Positions 1 through 9,126 are shown, numbered from the stretch's first letter. The stretch: DNA of 64,000 bases from Candidatus Eiseniibacteriota bacterium (GCA_034679345.1 JAXDAY010000028.1:71876-135875); one strand, 5' to 3'. Numbers and translations: made by a program. Notes: generated from the sequence alone by a model not told the origin.

Positions 1-1
1 G

Positions 2-583
2 TCTGGTTCCACATTTCTCATCCTCGACCTCGAAGGCATCCCGCCCTTCCTCGACGGCCCGGAGGAGATCTTCCTCTGGGGCATGAAGGCATACGGGGAG
101 CAGTCTTCTCCGTACACTGCCGCGTACACGATTCCGGGGGAGACGGACGACCGGGCCACGTGGTTCGGCTTCCTCGAGAAGGCCGAAGCCATCTTCGCGA
201 CGTACGGCGACGTGCCGATCCTCCACTGGGCACCGTATGAGCGCGTGAAGCTCCACCTGTATCGCGAGCGCTACGGCGATCCCGACGGAACCGCCGCGCG
301 GATTGAGCAGTGCCTGTGTGATCTTCTGACGGTCTACTCCAAGGGTATCTCCGTTCCCCTCCCGAGCCGCAGCCTCAAGGTCGTCGAGAAGTACGTCGGG
401 TACGAGCGGTCGCTCGCCGGCAGCGGTGACTGGGCGGTCGCGCAGTACATCCGAGCGGTGGAGACGGAGGATCGAGAGGACGCCATGAGTCGCGTCCGTG
501 ACGTCCTCCGCTACAACGAGGAGGATCTCGACGCGACCTGGGCCGTGTTCCAGTGGTTACGGGGGCAGTTGTCGCGACCGTAG
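2..583 (+). CDS. RNase H-like (DnaQ-fold) 3'-5' exonuclease domain protein, RecB/TM0106-family-like; 5'-truncated by the window edge
   Basis: The frame is open from nt 2 and reads ..ILDLEGIPPF (DxE exo motif I) before ORF 83..583. HWAPYE and YNEEDLDATW (Y-x3-D exo motif III) are typical of the PF13482-like RNase_H_2 domain. Confidence 0.65.
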   Translation, partial: SGSTFLILDLEGIPPFLDGPEEIFLWGMKAYGEQSSPYTAAYTIPGETDDRATWFGFLEKAEAIFATYGDVPILHWAPYERVKLHLYRERYGDPDGTAARIEQCLCDLLTVYSKGISVPLPSRSLKVVEKYVGYERSLAGSGDWAVAQYIRAVETEDREDAMSRVRDVLRYNEEDLDATWAVFQWLRGQLSRP

Positions 584-678
584 CGGCGCGCCGCAATCTC
601 CTCGACGCCCCTTGCGGTGTGCTACCATGAGCCCGACGCGCACTATCCGCCATCGACGCCTTCTCACACCCGTCCACC

Positions 679-1164
679 ATGACACCCCCGACACATCTTC
701 GCTGGTCGCGAATCGCGATCGTCACGACCTTCATCATCTTCGCGGGCGCCGCCGCCGCGTACCTCCGGTACCTCCCGCCCGCGACCTCGTTTGACCGGCG
801 GGTCGTGACGCCCCGTGCCGGCTTCACGTACCACGACCCTCTGACCTGCACGATTCTCTTCGCCACCCACAGGGCCGGTCCCGCACTCAGGCTTCCATGG
901 CTCGAGGTGCCATCGTTCACCCTCACAGGTTTGGGAACCGATCGGCCAACCATGACGACGAGCTACTACCCGAACGGGATCGTCATGCGAAAGGTCTACG
1001 ATTCCACAGAATACGTCGTCCTGGAATACGCCGATCAGCAGTGGGACACCATGACGATCGGCATCTTGAAGACCGCGGGCACCTTCGTGCAGACCGCGAG
1101 CGGCATTCAGGCAGGCGACGCTCGCTTCCAATACGCCACAGCGATGAAGGGAACGTGCCGGTAG
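679..1164 (+). CDS. hypothetical exported/membrane-anchored protein
   Basis: ORF with a basic N-terminus, a hydrophobic stretch IAIVTTFIIFAGAAAAYL and an AXA-type cleavage site. No recognisable domain and no clear RBS. Confidence 0.4.
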   Translation: MTPPTHLRWSRIAIVTTFIIFAGAAAAYLRYLPPATSFDRRVVTPRAGFTYHDPLTCTILFATHRAGPALRLPWLEVPSFTLTGLGTDRPTMTTSYYPNGIVMRKVYDSTEYVVLEYADQQWDTMTIGILKTAGTFVQTASGIQAGDARFQYATAMKGTCR

Positions 1165-1368
1165 CCAATGGTCTTGCACCTGTAGACTTATCTCGATGGC
1201 TCGTTGACGCTGCTCCGCAGAGCGTTAGACTTGTACTGTACTGCGAGTCTTGTGCCGATCGGCGCAGATCTCTACAACCGTCGCCATGAGGTGGGGTCGA
1301 CCGGTGCGAATGCCAACGATGCGACGCATCCTTCCAATCAACTATCTGACTCACTAACCAACACGCAT

Positions 1369-2007
1369 ATGCGTCCAAGAAACCCGAGGCTTCTCTATGC
1401 ATCGTTAGTCGCCCTCGTCGTGCTTTTCGCGATCGGGGGATCCGCTGCGGCGGCCACCTTCTTTCAGTCCATCACCGTCGGGAAGAACGACAAGAGCAGT
1501 AAGATCTACCTTCAGGGTCCTATCTCGAATCCTGGCAAGTACCCCGATGGATCAAGTCTACCCATCAACGTGGACGATAATCTCGCCGTGACCGGAACAT
1601 CCTCCTTCAAGAAGGCGGCGTCCTTTTCAAAGGATGTGACGATCAAAGGGGATGTTGTACTCGGCACACGGTCCGTCTTTCGGTCACCAAGTGCGATGGT
1701 GTCGGTTGATGACGATCTTAACGTGACCGGCGAAAGCTACTTGGCTGACACCAACATCACAGGTGCGCTCAATGTCACCGGAACCACAACGCTCACCAAC
1801 CTCAACGTGACTGGTGGGATGAGCTCGGGTAGCGTCGACGTGTTCCGTCGGCTCAATGACAACCAAACTGCCACGAATGCGCTCTACAAGTACATCGACT
1901 GTACCCAGCAGTTTGCGGCCATCGACGGCTATCTAGAGTACAACGACATGGCCTTCTGTTGGAACATCTGGATTGCTGGCAGGGTTTCAGATCCGGCAGT
2001 ACCATGA
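1369..2007 (+). CDS. hypothetical secreted protein with repeated D/x-x-N-(V/I)-T-G motifs
   Basis: An internal ATG at 1369 gives MRPRNPRLLYASLVALVVLFAIGGSAAAATFF (signal peptide). Four NVTG and one NITG repeat follow. Lower GC than its surroundings. Confidence 0.5.
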   Translation: MRPRNPRLLYASLVALVVLFAIGGSAAAATFFQSITVGKNDKSSKIYLQGPISNPGKYPDGSSLPINVDDNLAVTGTSSFKKAASFSKDVTIKGDVVLGTRSVFRSPSAMVSVDDDLNVTGESYLADTNITGALNVTGTTTLTNLNVTGGMSSGSVDVFRRLNDNQTATNALYKYIDCTQQFAAIDGYLEYNDMAFCWNIWIAGRVSDPAVP

Positions 2008-2390
2008 TCAGCTCCAGTGACAAGAAGGATCGTTCGACGATCGTCTTTGGTGCGATTGCGATTGGGCTTGTCGGCGCCATCTTCTATTGGCTGGCATTCC
2101 GGCCTGGGCAGGTCCGGATCGGATGCCAAGCTCTGGTCGACCGTGCGCTTGCGAGCCGTCTCGAGCGCAATGGGTTCAAGCTGAGTCTGGACGGGAGATG
2201 GGTGAGGTGGGATGAGCAGTGCGTGGACGATCAAGGCAAAGGCATCTTCGCAAGGATGATGGCTGGCGAAACATGTGCGAGGATGGAACGGCGCGAGGTT
2301 GAGCCTGACCCCGAGGATCTGGAGAGAGACAGGTCTGCGGCTAGCGAGCTGTACGGTCCATGCCTTCGCCGTCACGGTCTCCGAGAGTGA
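2004..2390 (+). CDS. small hypothetical membrane protein
   Basis: ATGA start/stop overlap with the upstream gene (ATG at 2004). One TM helix, TIVFGAIAIGLVGAIFYWLAF. Preferred over the overlapping minus ORF 1929..2417 on composition and translational coupling. Confidence 0.4.
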   Translation: MISSSDKKDRSTIVFGAIAIGLVGAIFYWLAFRPGQVRIGCQALVDRALASRLERNGFKLSLDGRWVRWDEQCVDDQGKGIFARMMAGETCARMERREVEPDPEDLERDRSAASELYGPCLRRHGLRE

Positions 2391-2501
2391 AACAATCGGA
2401 TGCCTCCGGAATGGCATTCCAATCTTGGTAGACCATGACGCAGAAGTTACTGCCGTCGGTCAACCCGAGAACGAATACGTTCCCTATTGTCACTGAGAAA
2501 A

Positions 2502-2521
2502 CCGCCCACTCCTGGTGGGCG
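2502..2521 (-). terminator. rho-independent terminator of the DUF932-like gene
   Basis: Perfect hairpin CCGCCCAC-tcct-GTGGGCGG. On the minus strand it is followed by TTTTCTC, and it lies 16 nt past the stop of CDS 2537..3265. Confidence 0.7.
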
Positions 2522-2536
2522 GTCTGGATAAGGTGG

Positions 2537-3265
2537 TCAGAGCGCGAGCGCGCTCCGGAAGGTGCTGCTGAGCCGGAGCCCCGACTCCATCTGGACCCGC
2601 GGGCTGCGCGACTTCCCGACCTCGGTGAAGGCGTTGTAGAGCGACCAGGCGGTCCGGGGAGCGAACTCCTCGTGCCGCGGCCTCTCCCACGCCTCGATCA
2701 CCTTCGGCAGATTCGACGCCGGCAGGACGTTCCGCCGGACAGCCTCGACCAACAGATGGTCGGCTGACTCGGGCGAGAGCTCCCGCGCCTTCATCGCGGC
2801 GATCTCCTCGTGGATCCGGCTCTGCATGGAAGAGACCTTCGAGAGCATGCGGTAGATGAGGTCCGGGAGATCCCGGAAGACGTTGACCGTGTGCTTTCGG
2901 CTCGTGCCGACCTCCCCCGAGAACGCGAGGTTGTCGCAGCAGAAGACCCGGCTACCCGCGACGATCCCGACCGCGAGGGAGCGGTCGTAGCTCGAGCGCA
3001 GGCCGAGGGCGAGCGCGTAGTCGGCGTGGTCGCCGCCATTCCGGCAGGTGAGCACCCCGAACATCTGGAGCCCGTCGCGCGCGAGCGCGTAACGTGCATC
3101 GGTGATCGTGAGGCCGAAGCGTGGGACGTGGAGTTCGACCTCCTCGACGAAACGGCCGTATGGGACCGGGACGTACGAGTCGGTCTCCTCGGGAACGGGG
3201 ACGGCGGCGAGGTCGGCCTTCGTGGCCTCCCAGCCGCCGCGATGCAGGACGAGCTGACCGGGCAT
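2537..3265 (-). CDS. phage/plasmid-related hypothetical protein (DUF932/TIGR03299-like, tentative)
   Basis: 242-aa ORF with protein-like composition, followed by the terminator. Family assignment is from memory of DUF932-type proteins on integrative elements and could not be verified. Confidence 0.5.
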   Translation of the reverse strand: MPGQLVLHRGGWEATKADLAAVPVPEETDSYVPVPYGRFVEEVELHVPRFGLTITDARYALARDGLQMFGVLTCRNGGDHADYALALGLRSSYDRSLAVGIVAGSRVFCCDNLAFSGEVGTSRKHTVNVFRDLPDLIYRMLSKVSSMQSRIHEEIAAMKARELSPESADHLLVEAVRRNVLPASNLPKVIEAWERPRHEEFAPRTAWSLYNAFTEVGKSRSPRVQMESGLRLSSTFRSALAL

Positions 3266-3286
3266 GGCCGGAATCCTCCTTTCGGA

Positions 3287-3727
3287 TCAGATCGTGGATG
3301 GGTCGAGCAGGCCCCTCTCGCGGAAGGAGAGGTACGCGGAATCCCCCGCGACGATGACGTGGTCGAGCACGTCGATGCCGAGGAGCTTCCCGGCGTCGGC
3401 GAGGCGGTTCGTGATCTCCATGTCGTCGTCCGAGGGCGCGACGTCCCCCGAGGGGTGGTTGTGGGCGAGGATGATCGCGGCCGCGGCGGCGTTGATCGCG
3501 GGACGGAACACTTCTCTGGGATGGACGATGGAGGCGTTCAAGCTCCCCACCGACACGGTCTCGATGCCGAGGACGACGTGGCGGGTGGTGAGCAGGAGGA
3601 CGAAGAAGTGCTCGCGCTTCGGATCCGACACGGACTTGCGGACGAGCCGCGCGACCTGCTCTGGGCGCGTGACGGCCGGCGGCTTCCGGCCCCGGTACTT
3701 GCGCGTCTTCAGCTCCGCGACGTACAT
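3287..3727 (-). CDS. radC: RadC-like JAB/MPN domain protein
   Basis: LAHNHPSGDVAPSDDD is the JAMM HxHxxxxxxxD motif characteristic of RadC. Start placed at an internal ATG (3727) preceded by GGAGGTG. Confidence 0.8.
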   Translation of the reverse strand: MYVAELKTRKYRGRKPPAVTRPEQVARLVRKSVSDPKREHFFVLLLTTRHVVLGIETVSVGSLNASIVHPREVFRPAINAAAAAIILAHNHPSGDVAPSDDDMEITNRLADAGKLLGIDVLDHVIVAGDSAYLSFRERGLLDPSTI

Positions 3728-3819
3728 GCGGACACCTCCTGGTTGCGACGGGAGGAAGAGAAGCGGGGCCTCCGGGAATCTCCCGAAGGCCCCTGACGAT
3801 ACGGACGGAAGAACACGGG

Positions 3820-4581
3820 CTACTCCCCCCGCCACGACTGGCAGTGCGCGAAGTACTCGCACTCCGTGCACCGCCAGGAGGGATTCGGGAAGAAGCAGCC
3901 GTGACCGATGGCCTGGCCGACGCCGTGGAGGAGTCGGGCGGTCCAGGAGAGATCCTCGACCGTGCGGCTGGTCTCGTGGCGCTCAAGCCGGGGCGCCTTC
4001 GTCTTCAGGAGCATGTCGAGCCGGAGCCGAGGGAGCCTGTGGTAGGAGAGGTAGAAGACGAGGGCGTAGGTCGAGAGCTGGAAGTGCCGGTCGAGGCCGC
4101 CCGCTTCGAGCGTCCGCGCCGCGGTCTTCAGCTCCACGAGCACGTCCCCTTCCTCGATGAGGTCGATGACCCCACGGAGGCGCGTGTCGAGGATCTCGCC
4201 CGTGAGCGGATCGACGAGGTCGATCTCGAAGCGCTGTTCGATGAGCTTGGGGCGCGTCCCGTCGGTCTCCTCGACGTAGAGGGCGAGCATCTCCCGGCCC
4301 TTCTCCGCGAGCGACTCCTTCGAGTCCTTCTCGCTGAAGACGATCGGGGCGAGGTTCGCCGCGTACCAGTCGGCCGCGAAGATGTCGATCACCTTCTCCG
4401 GCGTCGGCATACGGCCGGCGAGGCGTTCCCGCTGGAACCACTCCACGGCGGCGTGGACGGAGGAGCCGAAGGCGAGGGCGGCGGCGCGCCACGGGAGCGG
4501 GATGCGGTCGACGTACTGGAAACGGTACTTGAGCGGGCAGACGAGGTAGCACTGGACCTGGCTAACGCTGAGCGGCTCCAT
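3820..4581 (-). CDS. Cas4-like PD-(D/E)XK exonuclease with a C-terminal 4-Cys (Fe-S) cluster
   Basis: Has VDRIPLPW...VELKTAAR (the D..ELK core) and a C-terminal CFFPNPSWRCTECEYFAHC. Overlaps the upstream gene by 20 nt, indicating an operon. Confidence 0.8.
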   Translation of the reverse strand: MEPLSVSQVQCYLVCPLKYRFQYVDRIPLPWRAAALAFGSSVHAAVEWFQRERLAGRMPTPEKVIDIFAADWYAANLAPIVFSEKDSKESLAEKGREMLALYVEETDGTRPKLIEQRFEIDLVDPLTGEILDTRLRGVIDLIEEGDVLVELKTAARTLEAGGLDRHFQLSTYALVFYLSYHRLPRLRLDMLLKTKAPRLERHETSRTVEDLSWTARLLHGVGQAIGHGCFFPNPSWRCTECEYFAHCQSWRGE

Positions 4582-5224
4582 CGGGCACCTCCTGCAGGAG
4601 CCGGTCGATCGCCTGGGTCGCCTGCTGTTTCGTCACCTCCCTGAGCGAGGTCACGCCCAGGAAATCCTGCAGGTACTCGTGGGCGGCGTCGCCCTGGAGT
4701 CCCTGCCCGGCGAGGATGCGGAAGAGGTAGCGGCGCTGCGCCTCGGTCATGAGCGCGCCGTTGCCGCTGGCCCGAGGCGCGGGGCGGGGTCCTTCGGGGA
4801 GCGGGCGCTCGGGCGGGAGCGGTGCACCCGACCCGAGGTCGTGACCATTCGAGGCGAGGCCGTCGCCGTCCAGCTCCTCGAAGGAGACGATGCCGATGTT
4901 CACGGCATCTCGGAGGGCGCGAGCCTTCGCCCGGGTCTCGGCCATGCGGATCAGGTGCGGGGCGATGAAAGTCGAGACGTTCTCGGGACTCGCGTCTCCG
5001 ATCGCCTCGAACCTCCCCTTCGTCGTCTCGATCAGGGCCTTCGCGATCGCGGTGCGGCCGTTCTCGTCAGAGGGGATCTGGAGGAGCTTCGTCGCCACGC
5101 GCTGGAGTCCCTCCTCGTGGGCCTTCGAGAGGAGCCCCGGATAGGTGACGACGTCCTTCGTGCCGACGACGCGGCCGGTGCGGTCCTTGATCTCGATCGT
5201 GCGGATCAGGGCGTTCTGGTTCAC
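4562..5224 (-). CDS. hypothetical protein, putative phage single-strand annealing protein (Rad52/ERF-like, tentative)
   Basis: 220-aa ORF translationally coupled to the Cas4-like exonuclease, the usual SSAP+exonuclease arrangement. No diagnostic motif was confirmed. Confidence 0.55.
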   Translation of the reverse strand: MNQNALIRTIEIKDRTGRVVGTKDVVTYPGLLSKAHEEGLQRVATKLLQIPSDENGRTAIAKALIETTKGRFEAIGDASPENVSTFIAPHLIRMAETRAKARALRDAVNIGIVSFEELDGDGLASNGHDLGSGAPLPPERPLPEGPRPAPRASGNGALMTEAQRRYLFRILAGQGLQGDAAHEYLQDFLGVTSLREVTKQQATQAIDRLLQEVPDGAAQR

Positions 5225-5321
5225 GGCGGAACCTCCTTCGGTTGGTGGGGAAGATGGGTTGGCAAGGAACGAGCGGATCGTTCCCCTTCACCGTACGGAG
5301 GGAGCGGATGCTTGCGTACGC

Positions 5322-5355
5322 GGCGGAGGTGCGGTCGGTCTCACGGGCTGTGGAT
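5322..5355 (+). repeat. copy C of a conserved ~35-bp motif (GGCGGAGGTrnGG-n-GTCTCAC-n-CTGTGGAT)
   Basis: ggcggaggtgcggtcggtctcacgggctgtggat, in the divergent intergenic region between 4562..5224(-) and 5451..6446(+). Matches copies at 9127 and 11097. Confidence 0.6.
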
Positions 5356-5450
5356 ACCAAAGACGCGATCGACCTTGTGTGCTATTGTGACGGCCGGCTT
5401 GGCCATGAAGGAAACGCGGCCGGCTGGAAGCAGATTGTCCGTAGGTCGAG

Positions 5451-6446
5451 ATGGCACAGATAACGAGATCAGCGAGACTGCTCAAGAAGGCCGAGGCGGC
5501 GCTCATCAGCGCCATCGAGGTTTATAACAAACCCGCGTTCAGGTACCGAGAGGAGACGTTCGCGATACTCATGCTGAATGCGTGGGAACTCCTCCTCAAG
5601 GCGAAGCTCCTGCGGGAGAACAACAACGACCAGCGGTGCCTTTATGTGTACGAGAAGCGCAAGACGAAGACGGGACGGGTCTCCCAAAAGTCGGTGCCGA
5701 AAAAGAACCGGAGCGGCGGCACCCAGACCAAGGGTCTTGGGCAGGTCATCGTGGAACTCGACGCGGATGGCCGCACACGGCTCGCGAATCCGATCCGCGT
5801 GAACCTCGAGGCCATGACTGAGATTCGAGACAATGCCGTCCACTACTTCAATGCGAGCCCGCAGCTCGCCAAGCAAGTGCTCGAGATCGGTACCGCCTCG
5901 ATCAGGAACTTCATCGAGCTCGCTCGCCGATGGTTCTCGATTGACCTTTCATCGTACGGTCTGTACCTCATGCCCATCGGATTCGTCGCTGCACCGGCGA
6001 CGGTAACAGCGATCCCCGTATCTCCCGACGAGCGGAAGCTCGTTCAGTATCTCGCCGGGGTCATCGGGTCGTCACGCAGTGACCAAGATCGGGAGTTCAA
6101 CGTCGCCCTGGAGGTGGGACTCTCGTTCCGTCGTGCTCCGGCCGGTGCGGTCGCTGCCGTCGCGGTGACGAACGACCCGAACGCGCCACGAGTCAGGATC
6201 TCGGAAGACGACGTCTGGAAGTCCTACCCCTGGGATTACGTGGAAATGGTACGACGCCTGCGTACCCGCTACTCGGACTTCAAGACCACTTCGAAATTCC
6301 ACGCCATCCGCCGGCCGCTTATGGCCGACCCACGATATGTCCGCACGCGCTACCTCGATCCGGCGAAGCCGCGGAGCGGGAAGAAACACTTCTACAACAG
6401 CAACATTCTCACGGAGTTCGACAAGCACTACACCCTTCGGAAGTAG
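5451..6446 (+). CDS. DUF3644 domain protein
   Basis: N-terminal ALISAIEVYNKPAFRYREETFAILMLNAWELLLKAKLL matches the DUF3644 (PF12358) signature with its conserved (A/V)YN. Markedly lower GC than the flanks. Confidence 0.65.
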   Translation: MAQITRSARLLKKAEAALISAIEVYNKPAFRYREETFAILMLNAWELLLKAKLLRENNNDQRCLYVYEKRKTKTGRVSQKSVPKKNRSGGTQTKGLGQVIVELDADGRTRLANPIRVNLEAMTEIRDNAVHYFNASPQLAKQVLEIGTASIRNFIELARRWFSIDLSSYGLYLMPIGFVAAPATVTAIPVSPDERKLVQYLAGVIGSSRSDQDREFNVALEVGLSFRRAPAGAVAAVAVTNDPNAPRVRISEDDVWKSYPWDYVEMVRRLRTRYSDFKTTSKFHAIRRPLMADPRYVRTRYLDPAKPRSGKKHFYNSNILTEFDKHYTLRK

Positions 6447-7017
6447 CTCGTCCCTCGACACCCGTGGAGGCGCTCCGCACCGACGCAAACGTGCGCTTCG
6501 TACCGCCCGCTCCACGCTCCATGGCCAATGCCACCGCCAGCGCGTCGAACATGTGGAGCCAGTAGCGCTCCCCCGGCCTGTATCCCAGCGTCGGATGCGG
6601 CGGACCTTTCGGCAACAGGCGACGGAGATCCTCGAACCCCGCCCGGATGATGGCCTGAGCCACATCGTATTTGCGCGCGTGCGGATTCCCGACGAGGCGC
6701 CGCCGGACCTCCTGCGGGGAGAGTTCCACGACGCGTAACCCGAGCTCGCGCGAGCGGGCATGGAGCTCTTGGGTGATGACCGAGACGAGCGCGACCCGTT
6801 TCGTCGGGCGGTGGATCGGCTCCTCGATGGCCACGATCTCGGGACCATGGCGTTCGATGTAGGCGAAGATGACTTGGCGGGCCTGGTCGATGAGGTCGCG
6901 CGGCCGGCCGCCGTTGCGGAGCGTATGGACGCCGAAGCCGAGGAGGCGCGGACCGTGGATGACGGCCGCGCCCATCTCGCGCGTTCCCGGGTCGATGCCG
7001 AGGATGGTCGGTGTCAT
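6409..7017 (-). CDS. ruvC: RuvC-family Holliday junction resolvase
   Basis: ILGIDPGTREMGAAV (catalytic Asp motif), VAIEEP (Glu) and HMFDALAVALAME (C-terminal Asp motif). Confidence 0.8.
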   Translation of the reverse strand: MTPTILGIDPGTREMGAAVIHGPRLLGFGVHTLRNGGRPRDLIDQARQVIFAYIERHGPEIVAIEEPIHRPTKRVALVSVITQELHARSRELGLRVVELSPQEVRRRLVGNPHARKYDVAQAIIRAGFEDLRRLLPKGPPHPTLGYRPGERYWLHMFDALAVALAMERGAGGTKRTFASVRSASTGVEGRATSEGCSACRTP

Positions 7018-7164
7018 GGCGTCGGGCCTTTCGGTGCCCTCCCGAGATGACCGCGCGGCGTGCCCCGTCTTGCTCGGGATGCACGGCCGTCGCGGCGGCA
7101 GTCCGCAAGGAGATCTGCCTTTGGAGCCCGGCCTCAGGAGAGGCCGCGGGAGGGCGGTGCTTGC

Positions 7165-7659
7165 TCAGGCGTGCTCGCCCTGGTGGTGGAGGGCGAGAGC
7201 GACCGCGTCGAAGAGGTTGAGGAAGTAGCATTCCTTCCAGCGCCGGTCCTGCGTCAGGTGGACGCGCAGTTGCGGGAAGCGGGTCGCGACGGCGAGGGCC
7301 GTCTCCCGCTTCGTCGCGCGTCCGCTCCCGACGATCGCCTTGCGCACCGTCTGCGGCGCGTACTCGGCGATCTCGATGCGCGCGGTCCGCGCGATGCGGC
7401 GCGACGCACGGGCCAGGCAGTGGAGCGCCGCGAAGCCAGGCACGGGGTGGCGGTAGGTCGCTTCGAGGACGAGGACCCGGGGCCGGTAGGCACGAATCCA
7501 GTCGGCGACGAGCCGTCGGGCTTCTGCATGGCGGCGGCTGCGCGGGAGGAGTCGCAAGGGTCGGACGCCCGCGGCAACGAGGCGCGGACCCCGGAGGACC
7601 GCGAACCCGAGATCGCGGAGCCCCGGATCAAGGGCGAGGATCGTTCGATTCTTGTTCAT
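7165..7659 (-). CDS. RuvC-family Holliday junction resolvase, second tandem paralog
   Basis: Internal ATG at 7659 gives MNKNRTILALDPGLRDLGFAV, then VLVLEATYRH and NLFDAVALALHH. The long ORF extension upstream of that ATG is low-complexity. Confidence 0.75.
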   Translation of the reverse strand: MNKNRTILALDPGLRDLGFAVLRGPRLVAAGVRPLRLLPRSRRHAEARRLVADWIRAYRPRVLVLEATYRHPVPGFAALHCLARASRRIARTARIEIAEYAPQTVRKAIVGSGRATKRETALAVATRFPQLRVHLTQDRRWKECYFLNLFDAVALALHHQGEHA

Positions 7660-8179
7660 GGGCGTGGCGTTTGAGGAGATAGAGGAAGAGCGCGGTACGC
7701 GAGCGGCGGATCGCCGTCGCTGGGACCGCGAGGGCGCCGGCGAGAGCGCGCTGCACGACCGCGTCGGGATGCGCATCGAGGGCCGCTTCCAGGAGATCTC
7801 GGTGGTCGGATTCGCCGAGCGCACGCTCGACCTTCGCGATCGTGAAGAAACGCTGGGGCTCGGCTGGCGCATCGGGAACGGGATCCGGAATGGAGGCGCG
7901 ACGGATCCGGATGCGCGTCGCTCCGTCGAGCCGCGTCGCGTCGATGTACCGCGCGGCCCGGAGATGCCCGAGCCAGCTGCGGATCGTGCCTTCGGGGAGA
8001 CCCATCGCGGTGGCGACCTCGGCCGGGCGGATCTCGAGCTCGGTCGCCCCGGCGGGGAGGCGCGCGAGGAGATCAAGGTAGAGCCAGACCGAGGCCCGCA
8101 TACGCCGGAGGTGGAACGCGCGCGGGTGTTCGAGGAGGCGGCGGTCAAGCGTGATCGTGAACTCGTGGGGATGGGACAT
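7628..8179 (-). CDS. winged-helix DNA-binding protein, paralog B
   Basis: Starts at an internal ATG (8179). ASVWLYLDLLARLPAGATELEIRPAEVATAMGLPEGTIRSWLGHLRAARYI is HTH-like. Paralogous to 8145..8807, including the C-terminal tail. Confidence 0.55.
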   Translation of the reverse strand: MSHPHEFTITLDRRLLEHPRAFHLRRMRASVWLYLDLLARLPAGATELEIRPAEVATAMGLPEGTIRSWLGHLRAARYIDATRLDGATRIRIRRASIPDPVPDAPAEPQRFFTIAKVERALGESDHRDLLEAALDAHPDAVVQRALAGALAVPATAIRRSRTALFLYLLKRHAHEQESNDPRP

Positions 8180-8807
8180 GGGGTTCGTGGGAGAACTTCT
8201 CGAGGAGGAAGCGGAGGAGCGCGGACTTCGACGCGCGGATCCGCGACCGAGGCGTGAGGCGGACGCGCCGTACCGCGCGCCGCGCGACGGGTACCGGGTA
8301 GCGGGCGAGGAGGGCCGGAAGGTCGTCTCCGGCCTCGCGGCCGAGCGCCTCACGGGCTTCGGCGAGGAGCGCCGCCCCTTCCCCCGCTCCCCCTTCCCCG
8401 CATGCAGCAGCAACTCCAGGAGTTGCTGCTGCTGCAAGCAGCTTGCTGACAGGTACAACTCTCATCGAGGAGCCGCTCGCAGAGCCGGATTCCGGGGCTT
8501 TCGGCGCGGGAGACGAGGATGCACCGGGCCAGAATCGCAGTCGGATGACAAGGTACGGGGAGGGAGACGTGATCGCGATGAGACCGGAGCGGGTGAGTCG
8601 GGCGAGACCTTCATCGATCGCCGAGGCGGAAGCGGAGAGCTCGCTCGCGAGGCGGTCGCGGGTGCGGATGACCCTGCCCCGATCGTTCGCCGCCAGCGCG
8701 AGGGCGATGTAGAGCGCGAGGGTACGATCCACCCCGCCCTCCGGTATGCGTGCGCGTAGCGCCGCCGCGAGCACGGAGCGAAGACCGGCGAGGGACGGGT
8801 CCGTCAT
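8145..8807 (-). CDS. winged-helix DNA-binding protein, paralog A
   Basis: Its ATG (8805-8807) overlaps the TGA of the XRE gene as ATGA. DRTLALYIALALAANDRGRVIRTRDRLASELSASASAIDEGLARLTRSGLI is HTH-like. Confidence 0.55.
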   Translation of the reverse strand: MTDPSLAGLRSVLAAALRARIPEGGVDRTLALYIALALAANDRGRVIRTRDRLASELSASASAIDEGLARLTRSGLIAITSPSPYLVIRLRFWPGASSSPAPKAPESGSASGSSMRVVPVSKLLAAAATPGVAAACGEGGAGEGAALLAEAREALGREAGDDLPALLARYPVPVARRAVRRVRLTPRSRIRASKSALLRFLLEKFSHEPHVPSPRVHDHA

Positions 8808-9088
8808 GCGTCCGTCGTCTTCGTCTCGCGCCGCCCACGCGGGTACGGGCAGTAGAGGCCCGCATAGAGAGCCTCGGTGAGCGTGTCGAGCGCCTTCGCG
8901 AGCAGGAAGAGGTTCGGCACCGTGGGGAGCACGCGACCGCGCTCCCAGCTCGACACCACGCTCCGATCGTGACCGACGAGTTCCCCGAGCCTCCGCTGGG
9001 TGAGACCCGCGCGGATCCGGTAGTACCGGATCGCATTCGGGAACCGCTCGGGCACCGTCGATCGCCTGAGGGTGTACTCGACCGTCAT
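8804..9088 (-). CDS. XRE-family (Cro/CI-type) HTH transcriptional repressor
   Basis: LTQRRLGELVGHDRSVVSSWERGRVLPTVPNLFLLAKAL is a canonical XRE HTH. Divergent from the recombinase operon. Confidence 0.85.
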   Translation of the reverse strand: MTVEYTLRRSTVPERFPNAIRYYRIRAGLTQRRLGELVGHDRSVVSSWERGRVLPTVPNLFLLAKALDTLTEALYAGLYCPYPRGRRETKTTDA

Positions 9089-9126
9089 GGCCCCACCCTA
9101 GCGGATACCAGGGAAACCGGAAGAGG

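Noticed and set aside
7165-8148. 327-aa ORF whose 5' 163 codons precede the RuvC domain.
   Set aside because: The upstream part is Ser/Arg/Pro low-complexity and overlaps the wHTH paralog B in another frame. The RuvC domain starts at the internal Met (MNKNRTILALDPG).
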